A stretch of 64,000 nt of DNA from Octopus sinensis (taxonomy: Eukaryota): assembly GCF_006345805.1 (NCBI RefSeq), contig NC_043000.1:107074001-107138000 (forward strand), in the 5' to 3' direction. Positions 1 through 12,866 of the stretch are shown piece by piece. A model generated the notes under the pieces. That model was not told the origin of the DNA and ran no database searches. It saw nothing but the letters and a program-made list of their open reading frames with translations. The number at the start of each line of letters is the position of its first letter. The stretch's first letter is position 1. Made by a program: the position numbers and the translations under genes.

Positions 1-1601
1 GTCTCTGTGATAGAAGAAACGAAACTCAAGTCCGAAATTGGACGGTCCAAATTGTAAATTATTTATCCATTAAACTAGACCACCAAGCCATTGACATACC
101 TCAAAAGATATTCAACTATTAAAAGGTCGTGACAACTCATATTTTAAATGAAAGCCAACATGAAATATGTTAGACGTAGGAGTAGCTGTGTGGTAAGTAG
201 CTTGCTTACCAGCCACATGGTTCCTGGTTCAGTCCCACTGCGTGGCACCTTGGGCAAGTGTCTTCTACTATAGCCTCGGGCCGACCAAAGCCTAGCGAAT
301 GGATTTGGTAGACGGAGCTATGCTTATAAAGAATAGGTGCTGGGGTCGATTTACTCGATTAAATGCGATGCTCCAGCATGGCCACAGTCAAATGACTGAA
401 ATAAGTAAAAGAGTAAAAGAGATAGTAACTTCGTAAATATATAGATACCACCGCCGATTTCACCAGCTGTCCCATCAAGCTATAGACCCAACTACATCGA
501 TTACATATATTCCCGGACAGCATTATAGAAAGAGGCATATACAACGCTCGGCTATCAAAATGCTCATAAACCTTGCTCAGAAACCTTAATGCTCATAAAC
601 CTTACACAGAATAGAAAAATAGAGTTCATTTCACAAAATCATGTATGGATATACAATGTTTAGCATTGTATAGTGTTCGGGTATTGCTGGAAGTCAGATT
701 GTCGAAACAGAATCAGCTGAAATTCTTTGCATGAAAGATTCATAGAAAACCATTGCTCAGATTTTTACTCGTGTGGCAATATGCCGATTACAACTCTTCG
801 TGTTTGGAATCCAAAAATTTCCAAGTTGAAATCACAGTATAGATATGCTACTAAGGATACATGAAGACTACAACGACAAGAACCCATGGGCATCATTCAA
901 CTACCATCAATATCAGTAAGGTTTTCGACTTCCTATTCCACTACTTACTTGTACATATAATACTCAACACCTGAAGAATGAACACAAGATACTGGCTAGA
1001 AGTATGTACAACAGCAATTCCAAACAGTAATTCCAAACATGTCATTTCCCGTATATAATACAACAAGGATCCGTTTTCTCACTCATTGTTTTTTTTTTGG
1101 GGGGGGGTATCTGTACGAACGCAAAGGGATAGAATGTCACTAACATTTTGGAGGAAGCATATTTGTTATTTTGAGAATTCCTTCCATATTGCTTTTTAAC
1201 ATTGTTTTATACTTGGTCTATGGGAAGATATAAGTATGGTGTCGTCCGTTAATGGTTCAACCAATCAGATCAGCTTGAAAGTAAGCTTGTGAAGTTTCTG
1301 TCGAAAATCAAAAAAAAAGCTTGGCCAAATGTTATATAAAGGTGGAATATTTAAATCCCAAACAGAACAAACTCAGGTGCTACACAGAACTCTGTTGATT
1401 AGTTTTGTAATAAGGTTTTCTCACTCTTTCTATTTATCTTGTATTTGATAACGATTTTCATACCAATGATTAAATTGTTTTATGCAATAAAGTCATTTAA
1501 CAATTGCATTCACTATTGTAAGCTGTTTCAGTTAAATAATTGTTGAATATATGTAAATGCAATTGTTTCGAATGATAAAGAATATGGAAGCATATATTAT
1601 C

Positions 1602-2007
1602 CATTTCTTTACTACCCACAAGGGGCTAAACACAGAGAGGACAAACAAGGACAGACAAACGGATTAAGTCGATTATATCGACCCCAGTGCGTAACTGGTA
1701 CTTATTTAATCGACCCCGAAAGGATGAAAGGCAAAGTCGACCTCGACGGAATTTGAACTCAGAACGTAGCAGCAGACGAAATATCTATTTCTTTATTACC
1801 CACAAGGGGCTAAACATAGAGGGGGCAAACATAGGTATTAAGTCGATTACGTCGACACCAGTGCGTAACTGGTACTTAATTTATCGACCCCGAAAGGAGG
1901 AAAGGCAAAGTCGACCTCGGCGGAATTTGAACTCACGACGTAACGACAGACGAAATACGGCTACGCATTTCGCCCGGCGTGCTAACGTTTCTGCCAGCTC
2001 GCCACCC
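1602..2007 (-). mobile_element. SINE family B head-to-tail dimer with 19-bp target-site duplication
   Basis: Two units with GAGTTCAAATTCC (B box-like) and GCCTTTCATCCTTTCGGGGTCGATAAATTAAGTACCAG core; TATGGAAGCATATATTATC at 1583-1601 and 2008-2026. Confidence 0.85.
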
Positions 2008-3559
2008 TATGGAAGCATATATTATCATTAGTGTTAATTTTCACTTTTACCGCAGCCTACCTAACGTCATATGCTACTAACAATGATTTGACCTATTAAA
2101 ATGACGACCCACTAAACAACTATCTCCGAGATAATTATGTTACCAAGAAAGTAGTAGCAACATTTAGTTTTTATCCTAGATAACAGCATAGTTTGACAGA
2201 AGGAAAGCGAACTCGGGACTTATAAGTTAAAGCTTCTGGAAATTGATCCTCTTCACTATTGCTAATCCTCTCAAATTGCAACGTGCATGAATTCAAACAC
2301 AAGCGGACGTACATATATATATATATATATATATATTTGTGTTCATCTATAAGAGTGTCCTCTAATGTGAGTATATGTCTGTATTGACCTACAAGAGGAT
2401 CCACTCATGTATGAATTAAAATAATAGGTAATAAATTAGATAGTTCCCCACATTCATAAAGTGATATAAAGGGATCGTAAAAATCTGCTTACTTTGGACA
2501 ATCTTTCTGTTGGATACACAGCTTCGATTAGTAATTCTGCTAAAAGGTACTAAGTATGTACAAGTAAAAGAAGGGAAAGAGAGAGTATATACGTTTGTGT
2601 GTGTATGCGTATGTAGAAACGACTGTGTGTGTGTGTGTGTGTGTGTGTATTCACGTATATCAATTTAACGTGTTCTTGTATGTAACGAAATGTCTCAGAA
2701 AATAGCATTATACTTAGGCCTGAAGCATTTCATAAGGCAGAAGTAATTCTATGCTTTAAGTGTTGAAGATGTCATTTGGTATTATCAAGAGGATTGCGTT
2801 CCGATATCTTACCAATCGTAAACAGTGCGTAACCTAAACTATTTAATGTGCTTAGTGTTGCAATAAATTGTTTTACTGATAACTATTCATAAGAACATAA
2901 AAGTATATTTACCAACAGCCTGACTGTTTACTTCCATCTTGTCCTCGAATTCAGTTCTTTCAGTAATCATATATAAAGAAACAATGCGTTTGTAATAAGA
3001 ATGTTTTGTTCTATTGCAGTGAAATAAGAAGTTATGCATAAGAAGAGTACTTTGCTATTAAAGAAAGTTTGAAAATTAGATTTTTAATGAGTGTTTCATT
3101 GTCTAGCTGAGTCATTGAAATAAGAATGAATTGCAGTAATAACTATTGTGATGCAATCCATGTGTAGGAAATACTTAGTCCATAAAACATATTCGTAGAA
3201 CCCAATGCAAGCTCCTAGCGAAACTATATGACGCGTCTTGCATAAAAAGTTAGAAGCAATAGAGGCGGTACCATAGCCAATGAGGGTTATCCGAGGCGTG
3301 GTTATTTCTAGTTGAAATTATTATTATTATTTTTTTTTTTTCTTCTTTCAAATTTGCTTCCATTTCTTGCCGAGCGTCTTCCCGACTCCTAGGGCAAAGA
3401 AACTCATAGTATACATTGGTAGGCCATTAAACCAAACTCAATAGTTCGTTCATTTTTTTTTTTAAGGTTAAATTAAAATACATGGGCAGTAACAGCTCTC
3501 ACAGCGACAATGCTGTGAGACAATAATGATAATTATTATTATTATTATTGTTATTGTTA

Positions 3560-3601
<42 letters not shown>

Positions 3602-3603
<2 letters not shown>

Positions 3604-3909
3604 TTATGTTTGACTTTAGCTTTGCATTTGTACAAGTTGGTCCCAAGTCTCATCCAGAGACCTCAAGAGACAAGTTAGAAGTTCATGTTGGTGTTATGCT
3701 TAGGGTGCCATATATATGGTTTTGTACATAGTATTGTTCTAGCGAATGTTTAAGAAACCATAAGAAAATTATGTCTGTTTTAAAACTTGAGATTACATAA
3801 AAAGTATTTTGCGTAGGATATGGACAGTTCCCATGAGCACTATCTTTTGAATTTCTGCCATTTGGGGGTTTCCTGGTATCTGAGCTACGTAGCAATCAGC
3901 ACCTTTTGC

Positions 3910-3910
<1 letters not shown>
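3602..3910 (-). mobile_element. Shorter 5'-truncated copy of the same R4/Dong-like family
   Basis: KGADCYVAQIPGNPQMAEIQKIVLMGTVHILRKILFM* plus a 3' UTR closely similar to the 5141-5871 copy; (TAA)n on both sides. Confidence 0.85.
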
Positions 3911-3958
<48 letters not shown>

Positions 3959-3959
<1 letters not shown>

Positions 3960-4496
3960 GATATGCTATCAAAGGAATACTGGGATGCAAATATACAAAG
4001 CTCAATATACCCAGCATGACTACCTGTCAGATAAGGGTACACCAGGCACATGTATCACAACCATATGTGCGCGACATGGTGATCTCATATCAAGATAAAC
4101 AGGGCATGATCATGCAGGTGGGGACCAGTTAGAATTTTCTTCAGGTCGAGTAGCCCATTCCGCTCAAAAGGTTCCTGAATGAGGGTTGTTTAAGGATGTT
4201 GAACGAGACACCCATGTTTCCAGTGGTGAATTATTCAAACCCCAAATAATTATTCTCAACATATGGCTATAATGCTCCCCCACTACTTCGGCTTGTAATC
4301 AGAGATGCACATATTGTCGGCCACCAAGGGACATGTTCAACTGGTTAAGGTCAACACTTGAAAAACAAATCTGTGGTATTGAGCAGAATATTTGCTATAA
4401 CTCATCTTTTATGCTAAGACAAAAACATGCGTATGATACCACTTCTAGTCAGTTAAGATCAGAACCTATGAGCCAGTGCCTGGTATTGCGTCAGGA
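3959..4496 (-). mobile_element. Unassigned non-coding (TAA)n-flanked element, long copy
   Basis: Shares both end regions with 4846-5087 (ATGCTATCAAAG..ACTGGG at one end; CTGGTAYTGCRTCAGG at the other); sits between (ATT)n runs. Strand assignment is inferred. Confidence 0.6.
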
Positions 4497-4523
4497 TATT
4501 ATCATTATTATTATTATTATTAT

Positions 4524-4582
<59 letters not shown>

Positions 4583-4796
4583 ATAATATTACGGTGAAGT
4601 GGCAGAATCCTTAGCATGCCGGGCGAAGTGCTAGTGGCATTTCGTCTGCCGCTACGCTCTGAGTTCAAATTCCGCCGAAATCGACTTTGCCATTTATCCT
4701 TTGGGGTACGATAAATTAAGTACCAGTTGCGTACAGGTGTCGATCTAATCGATTGGCTCACTCCCCCAAAATTTCAGGCTTTGTGCCTATAGTAGA

Positions 4797-4841
<45 letters not shown>

Positions 4842-4845
4842 CATT

Positions 4846-5087
4846 AAGTGAGACAGCAACGCATGCTATCAAAGTGACACTGGGGTAAAATATCCGAAGC
4901 CCAGTATACCCATCGTAACTACCCGTCTGATTAAGGTCAAACAACTGACAAGCAAATCTGTGGTACTGAGCAGAATATTTGCTGTAGCCCATCTTTTATA
5001 CCAAGACAAAACAATGTACATGATAACACTTCCAATCAGTTAAGATCAGAAGCCATGAGAGCCACTGTCTGGTACTGCATCAGGGCA
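4846..5087 (-). mobile_element. Unassigned (TAA)n-flanked element, internally deleted copy
   Basis: Colinear with 3959-4496 but lacks the central ~310 bp; the deletion joins TCAGATAAGGG-like and GGTTAAGGTC-like segments. Confidence 0.6.
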
Positions 5088-5088
5088 T

Positions 5089-5119
<31 letters not shown>

Positions 5120-5140
5120 TACTATTACTATTATTATTAT

Positions 5141-5871
5141 TCTATGTTTGACTTTTGCTTTATATTTGTACAAGTTGGCTCCAAGTCTCACCCAGAGACC
5201 TCAAGAGACAACAGGTTGGAAGTTCATGTTGTTGTTATGCCTAGTGTGCCATATATTGGGGGGGGGGGGTGTTGTACTAATGAATGTTTAAAAAAAAATT
5301 TTTTTTTTTAAAAACCGAAAATTATGTTTGTTTTAAACCTTGAGATTACATAGAAAGTATTTTGCGTAGGATATGAGCAGTTCCCATGAGCACTATCTTT
5401 TGAATTTCTGCCATTTGGGGGTTTCCTGGTATCTGAGTTAGGTAGCTATCAGCCCCTTTTGCTATCATTCCCAGGGCACCTATGACAACAGGTATTGTTT
5501 TAGTCTTCAGGTTCCACATTTTGCTGATTTCTATTTCAAGATCTTTATATTTGCTCAGTTTTTGGTAGGTCTTGACAGATACGTTTATATCGATTGGGAC
5601 AGTCATATCAATGAGGAGGCATGTTCTTTGTTTGAAGTCTTTCAATATGATGTCTGGCCTATTTGCATCTATCTTTCTGTCAGTTTGAATGGTGAAGTTC
5701 CAGAGGAGTGAGATGTGGTCATTTTGAAGCACTGGGGGTGGTTTGTGTTCCTACCAGTTTTTTTTCATGGGGCAAATCCAGGTTTTTGCAGATTACCCAG
5801 TGAATATATTGTGCAGCTCTATCGTGTCTGTTGAGATACTCTGTAGGCGCTAGAAGACTGCACTTGGACTG
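5141..5871 (-). mobile_element. 5'-truncated R4/Dong-like non-LTR retrotransposon (RLE endonuclease end)
   Basis: CSLLAPTEYLNRHDRAAQYIHWVICK, then LLWNFTIQTDRKIDANRPDII...CLLIDMTVP...KLSKYKDL...VVIGALG (PD-D..K restriction-like endonuclease), a 3' UTR, and (TAA)n on both sides. Confidence 0.88.
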
Positions 5872-5907
5872 ATTATTATCATTATTATTATTATTATTAT
5901 ATTATTA

Positions 5908-5950
<43 letters not shown>

Positions 5951-5953
5951 TTT

Positions 5954-6001
<48 letters not shown>

Positions 6002-6017
6002 TTTAATGTTATTATTA

Positions 6018-6051
<34 letters not shown>

Positions 6052-6090
6052 CATTATTATTATCATCATCATTATTATTATTATTATTAT
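5872..6090. repeat. ~220-bp (ATT)n/(ATC)n microsatellite
   Basis: Directly visible; upstream flank of the R4-like copy. Confidence 0.95.
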
Positions 6091-6824
6091 GCCATGAAGT
6101 AATCAAGTTTAAATTAGGACGAAGTCGAAAATTATCAGTAATATTCTTTTCTACTCTAGACACAAGCCCCGAAATATTGATGAGGTGAAGCCAGACGATT
6201 AGAATGACCCTAGTACGCAACTGGTACTTAATTTATCGACCCCAAAAGGATGAAAGGTAAAGTCGACCTCGGCGGATATTATCAGAAACATTACTTACTG
6301 TGTAAGGTCTGAGTAAGTCTTAATACGCTAAACTACATTTTAATTTTCATAACAAAGAAAAGTGTACATCACTGAACTTGAATTTACAGTAGCTTCCCTA
6401 CCAAGCTGTAGGTTTGAAAAAAATTCTTAATTTCAGTATTCATCAGTCAGTTATTTTATGAATTATATTAACATAAAAATATCGTGAATATATAATATCT
6501 TTGATTTCCTTCCATAGTTTATCAGTCTATTGTCTTGCGAATTATGTAAATGTTATGTGTATAATAGATTATGTCTTTAATTTTCTTCCGTAGTGATAGC
6601 ATTCTATATATAAACTGCTTGGCTTTTTTTTTAATCAATCTCAAACATCTATTTTTTATGGAAACTGTTTCTGATTTCAGTGCTCATAATCTGGTTATCT
6701 CTATTTCCAGATCTTTAAATTTGAATTATTTTCATTTCTTTTCTATGTTGAAACTGATAATTCGATTACGAATCATTTCATTTCCTGTGTCTTTGAGAAC
6801 AATATGACATAAAAGCCTTCATTA

Positions 6825-6932
6825 TGTGTGCGTGCGTGCGTGCGTGCGTGCGTGTGCGTGCGTGCGTGTGCGTGCGTGCGTGCGTGCGTGCGTGCGTGAG
6901 TGGTGCGCGCGTGCGTGTGTGTGCGTGTGTGT
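6825..6932. repeat. (GCGT)n/(GT)n microsatellite
   Basis: Directly visible. Confidence 0.95.
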
Positions 6933-7356
6933 GAACTGACGTATCACAGAAAGTAGTTGCTTTGTCATCCTCTGATATTTATTCCGATGTCCGTTTATAC
7001 CATTTTTTTCTGATTTCATTCTTCAATGATATTGTTGTAACTTCCAGAGGATGAACGCCACAACACTATCTCTTGCCTTGTACTTTGCCTGGTCTAAACT
7101 TGAGATGCCTAAGCTCATTGTTTCTTCCCAGTCTGCACATATTTTGAAGTTAACTTCATTTATTCTTTTTTCATTAGTTGATGTTAACGGTTTCCACGAG
7201 ACGGCTTTGATGCTGCCGCAATAAAAAACCCTTCAATCATATTTTTAAGTCCTAAACCAATTGTGTGTTTTTCTTTGCCTATTTCCACTGTGTCCAGAGT
7301 TTTTGAGTCAGATTGCCGCTTGAATCGATCACCTTGCAGACCATAAAACATTAATT

Positions 7357-7752
7357 CTCTCTTTACTCTCTTTTACTTGTTTCAGTCATTTGACTGCGGC
7401 CATGCTGGAGCACCGCCTTTAGTCGAGCAAATCGACCCCAGGACTTGTTTCTAAGCCTAGTACTTATTCTATCGGTCTCTTTTTGCCGAGCCTCAAAGTT
7501 ACGGGGATGTAAAAACACCAGCATCGGTTGTCAAGTGATGTTGGGGGGACAAACACAGACACACAAACACACATACACATATATATACATATACATATAT
7601 TTGACGGGCTTCTTTCAGTTTCCATCTACCAAATCCACTCACAAGGCTTTGGTCGACCCAAAGCTATAGTAGAAGACACTTGCCATGCAGTGGGACTGAA
7701 CCCGGAACCATGTGGTTGGTAAGCAAGCTACTTACCACACAGCCGCTCCTAA
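7357..7752 (-). mobile_element. SINE family A copy
   Basis: Reverse complement of 8321-8741, with a small internal deletion. Confidence 0.85.
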
Positions 7753-8011
7753 CGCTGAGATTTTTTTAATTAATAACTGTAATTAATAATGTAAGTTTAT
7801 TATATTTCGTTTTCCCTTTAATATACAGGCGCAGGCACGGCTGTATGGTAAGAAGTTTGCTTCACAACTACATGGTCTCGGATCTAGACCTATTGCAAAG
7901 CAACTTAGGCGAATGTCTTCCACTATGGACCCGTGCTGACCAAAACTTTGCGAGTGGATTTGACAGACAGAGGCTGGAAGAAGCCCACCGCGCGTGTGTG
8001 TGTGTGTGCGC

Positions 8012-8083
<72 letters not shown>

Positions 8084-8320
8084 CGACCACCTCTTGACAG
8101 TCGATGTTGGCTTGTTTACATCCCTTTAGTGATTCATCTATAAGAGATGATAGAATAAGCCTAGGAAAAAATTAATTACTGGTGTCGCTTTGTTAAACAA
8201 AACCCTTTAGGACGGTGCCTCAGCAATTGCCGCAGTCTAATGATTGAAACAAGTAGAAAATGAAAGATACTAAAAGTTGCATGAGTTTGTAGAAACGCAA
8301 CACTTCAGAATTAATCATCA

Positions 8321-8493
8321 TAGGCGCAGGAGTGGGTGTGTGGTAAGTAGCTTGCTTATCAACCACTTGGTTCCGGGTTCAATCCCACTGCGTGGCACCT
8401 TGGGCAAGTGTCTTCTACTATAGCCTCGGGCCGACCAAAGCCCTGTGAGTGGATTTGGTAGATGGAAACTGAAAGAAGCCCGTCGTATATGTA

Positions 8494-8524
<31 letters not shown>

Positions 8525-8741
8525 GTATATGTGTGTGTGTCTGTGTTCCCCCCAACATCACTTGACAACCGATGGTGGTAAGTTTACGTCCCCGTAACTT
8601 AGCGGTTCGGCAAGAGAGACTGACAGAATAAATACTAGGCTTACAAAGAATAAGCCCTGGGGTCGATTTGCTCGACTAAAGGCGGTGCTCCAGCATGGCC
8701 GCAGTCAAATGACTGAAACAAGTAAAAGAGTAAAAGAGAGT
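8321..8741 (+). mobile_element. tRNA-derived SINE family A (CORE-like), full copy
   Basis: Head GGAGTGG.TGTGTGGTAAG...GGTTCAATCCC (A/B box-like), CORE-like CCTTGGGCAAGT, internal (TA/TG)n tract, tail CAGTCAAATGACTGAAACAAGTAAAAGAG. Other copies at about 177-421, 7823-8250, 10680-10920, 11565-12955, 38680-39130, 40730-41130 and 52715-53500. Confidence 0.85.
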
Positions 8742-9503
8742 AAGATTCAGATTAACCTCAGTGGGATTTGAGCTCAAAGACCAAATGTTGGCAGCTAAAT
8801 ACTGCAACTGAGCTCCTAACAAACCATAAAATATTAATTAACTCTAAGTTTTTTTAAAATTGATAATTGTAATTAACAAGTAAAGTTAGTTCTATTTCGT
8901 TCTGTTATGTTTTCCCTTAATATTCTAAAAGTTAGTTAAAAAAATCTTAAGTAACATTTCTACATTTCAGAAAGTATTATTGATATCAACAATTTAAATT
9001 ATCTTCAATTCTACTTTAATTACAACAGGAAACTGTGGACGGTTAATTAGTGTAAATGTAACGTTGTAGACAGTGTGAAAAATACGGAATTTTAATCAAC
9101 AACGTTAATGTTTAATTAGTTAAAAACTGTCATGATCATGAAAGAGAACATGGACTTGTTAACATGGGAATCATAAATTAAAACCCCTTCTTCGAATGGG
9201 AGTGCCGCGAGGTGCCATTTGGGTATGGGACACTAAAGTGAAAATTGGCCGCTAAGGCCTAGCTGCTGTTTGGAGTAATATATATTTCTTTATTGCCCAC
9301 AAGGGGCTAAACGTAGAGGGGACAAACAAGGACAGACAAATGGATTAAGTCGATTACATCGACCCCAGTGCCAAACTGATACTTTATTTATCGACCCCGA
9401 AAGGTTGAAAGGCAAAGTTGACCTCGATGGCTGTTTGGAGGAATATGTCAGAAATCCGAAAAATGTTTGGCAAGAGAATTTAGAGATACCTTATGGTCTT
9501 ATT

Positions 9504-9540
<37 letters not shown>

Positions 9541-9674
9541 CTGGAGAGAGGGGTGAGAGAAAGAGAGATTAATCTTTAACAAGAGTAGTGTTGACAGTGA
9601 CTTCGAAATTTCGACCTACTTAGACTTCCTTGAAACTACATTCAACGCTATTCTTAAAGAATTAATAATATGTA

Positions 9675-9920
9675 GGGGAAGACGGGGCAAAACGGACCCC
9701 CTACGGGAAAAGTTCAATATATCCGTCAAAAATGCATACATCTTAATGTAAATTGCTACGTGCATAGAGAATAGCCATTCACGTTTCTGTATAGTATGAT
9801 TAATTGGGAATAAAAATTTTGCATGTGTAAGTGCAAAAGAAATTTTTATCGGATATGGACCGTTTTGCCCCAGCGCTGGGACAAAAGGGTCCAGGTTGGA
9901 CCGATTTGCCCCATACTCTC
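9675..9920. mobile_element. TA-flanked MITE-like element (pogo-like ends)
   Basis: Left TA-GGGGAAGACGGGGCAAAACGGACC; right end reverse complement GAGAGTATGGGGCAAATCGGTCC; an internal inverted GGACCGTTTTGCCCC; abutted by a SINE tail. Confidence 0.5.
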
Positions 9921-10320
9921 TCATTTACTCCTTTACTTGTTTCAGTCATTTGACTGTGGCCATGATGGAGCAGCGCCTTTAGTCGAGCAAATCGACCCAA
10001 GGACTTATTCTTTGTAAGCCTAATACTTATTCTATCGGTCTCTTTTGCCGAACCGCTAACTTATGGGGACGTAAACACACCACCATCGGTTGTCAAGCGA
10101 TGTTGGAGGGACTAATACGGACACATAAACATATACACACTCATACATATATATACATATATACGACGGGCTTCTTTCAGTTTCCGTCTACGATATCCAC
10201 TCACAAGGCTTTGGTCGGCCCAAGGCTATAGTAGTAGACACTTGCCCAAGGTGCCACGCAGTAGGACAGAACCCGGAACCATGTGGCTGGTAAGCAAGCT
10301 ACTTACCACACAGCTACGCC
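9921..10320 (-). mobile_element. SINE family A copy
   Basis: Reverse complement of the family A consensus. Confidence 0.85.
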
Positions 10321-10508
10321 ATAAGAATGTTTATTACATTTTGCCATATTCAAATACATACTCGTGTGTTTTATACTGGAATACATCTTTTATTTATAAA
10401 ACAACTGCAAATGACATAAATGAAAGTAAACTATGATCATGAGAAATACTGTTTCTTGTTCTAAGTTTGCAGACCCATCTCACCCCTGAAGGTTCATGGG
10501 TTTTTTTT

Positions 10509-10665
<157 letters not shown>

Positions 10666-11716
10666 TGTGTGTGTGTATGTGTGAGCATGTGTGTGTGTCC
10701 TTTGTGCCCCAACACCACCACCACTACCATCGTCTGACAACCGGTGTCGATGTGTTTACATTCCCGTAACTTAGCGGTTCGGTAAAAGATACTCGATAGA
10801 ATAAGTACTAGGCTTGAGAAATAAATTGTGTGATCGATTTGTTCGACTAAAACCCTTCAAGGTGTTGCTCCAGCATGGCTGCAGTCAAATGAGTGAAACA
10901 AGTAAACGAATAAAAGAATGCAATTAATTCTACGTCAGTGAGTATTGTGATTATCTTGACAAGTTGAGTATGAGCGTTGTGGATAGTGAAAACTTCAGCT
11001 TCTTATCAACAATGATAATAGAGGAATAGAAATTATTTGGAATTAACGAATCTGCATACGACATGTTTCTACAAGATAGATGGAAGAAATTCGAGCAAAT
11101 TCGGAGTGCTGTTTCAGACAGTAAAGACATCGGATTGTTTGAACAACGATAGCTATCGATGATACTGTCACGCCATTATGTAGCACCATGCCATTCCAAA
11201 TTGGAGAAAGAACCGTTGATGAAAAGCTTAAATTTCATTCCGAAGCACGATATGCTGCAATTTAGCTATCTTCACATGATTGATATTGAATGCCCAGACT
11301 AATACCAGACAAAAGTGAGATTAATGAAGCAAATAAATCGCCCCAATTTTTGTCTTGGTAGTTACCATGATCATGTTACTAAATTAAACGTATCGCTCAA
11401 AAGTCTTTCTACATAGTATGCCAAAGTTTTCCTCTTAAATTAGGTTAAGTTGTAACAATTTACAAACTGGACGAATGTCAACTCAACACGAACTTATTTA
11501 AAACTTGAATTATACACTCATTATTTTAGATTTTCATGTAGTCACTTCAATTTACATTGAAAGTCGTGTCTTTGTGTGAGGAAGTTTGCTTTACAACCGC
11601 ATGGTTCCGGGTTCAGTACCACTAACTGGCACCTTTGGTAGCTGTCTTCTACTACGGCTTCGGGTCGATCAAAAGTTTGTGAGTGGATTTGGTAGAGCGA
11701 AACTGAAAGAAGCCCG

Positions 11717-11788
<72 letters not shown>

Positions 11789-11892
11789 CTGTTTGACAAT
11801 CAGTGTTGGTGCATTTAAGTGTCCGTAACTTAAATGTTCGGCGAAAGAGACCGAAAGAATAATCACCAGGTTTAAGAAAAAAAAAATAAGTA

Positions 11893-12866
11893 CCGTAAAT
11901 CCTCGAGTATAGCCCGCCCTTGAGTATAATACGCAGGGGATTTTTAAGGTGCTGTACCTCTGAAAAACCTAAACCTTGTGTATAATATGCACCCTTTCTC
12001 TAACTTGAGTGAAGGAAGTCTATATAACGTCCTTGGTTTGTAAAAATGTTTACTGTAACGTCCTTTATTATTGCCTTTTAGCCTTCTTTATCTTTGGTAT
12101 CTGTTTAATTTCATCTTTATTTCTTCACAACCTGACATTGCTTTCGTCAACATCAAATTTTCTTCCGGCGGCCCTATTACCATGGTCTTCAGCATATGAT
12201 ATAACTTCAAGTTTAAACATAGCTGAATAAGATCAACGAGGCATTTTATGAGTATGTAATGTATAAAATGTTTTATTGGAAATTAATGTACAGGTTGGAA
12301 GTTAATGTCCCGCTTATAAAAAACCCTAGTAAAGACCCACAGTAGTTCAAACATTTAATACTGGTATTTAATTAAGTATCTATTATTTGCCGCGGTAATG
12401 ATGCAAACTGCCAATACAAACAGCAGGATGAACTATTTAGGGCTAAACTATTAAGTACAATTCGTACGTAATTAAGCCAGCAGTACCTAGTCGAACAAAC
12501 ACTTCCGCGCATGCGTAATACAATAATGGTGATGTTCCTAACTATTATATGGGAATGTAAATATGCTTGCAAATTGTTTTTGTTACATGTTATTCTGTGA
12601 TCTGAATACTTTTATTTTGATAAATGTTGCTTACTGCAAGTTATGGATGATTCTTTTATGACTTCATTGCTTTCAGGCTTAGCTTAAGGTATTTTCGCGC
12701 CCGACATCACAAAATGCTTATGAACAAACATTGCCAGACAGCAAATAGGGACTCGGACATTGCTTAGAAAATATTTTTCATTTTTAACCACGTATATAGT
12801 ACGCACTAAGGATTTTGACCTTTAAATTTTGGGGTAAAAATGCGGATTATACTCGAGGATTTACGG
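11893..12866 (-). mobile_element. pogo/Tigger-type deletion derivative nested in a SINE
   Basis: TA|CCGTAAATCCTCGAGTATA ... TATACTCGAGGATTTACGG|TA TIRs. An internal remnant from 12244 reads MPR*SYSAMFKLEVISYAEDHGNRAAGRKFDVDESNVRL*RNK (pogo-type N-terminal HTH). It splits the SINE sequence aataagTA|ctgg. Confidence 0.85.

Noticed and set aside
620-1000. Possible ancient RT remnant (INISKVFD resembling DFSKAFD)
   Set aside because: A single weak motif; insufficient without a profile search.
1687-2031. ORFs such as MRNWYLF..RPRKDERQSRPRRNLNSE and MSSDVGG..DGLLSVSIYQIHSQGFGRP recurring across the window
   Set aside because: Incidental frames of SINE-B and SINE-A; frequent frameshifts between copies and no coding constraint.
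8321-8400. tRNA-like heads of SINE-A and SINE-B as tRNA genes
   Set aside because: Only A/B-box-like motifs; no complete cloverleaf, and each continues into a SINE body.
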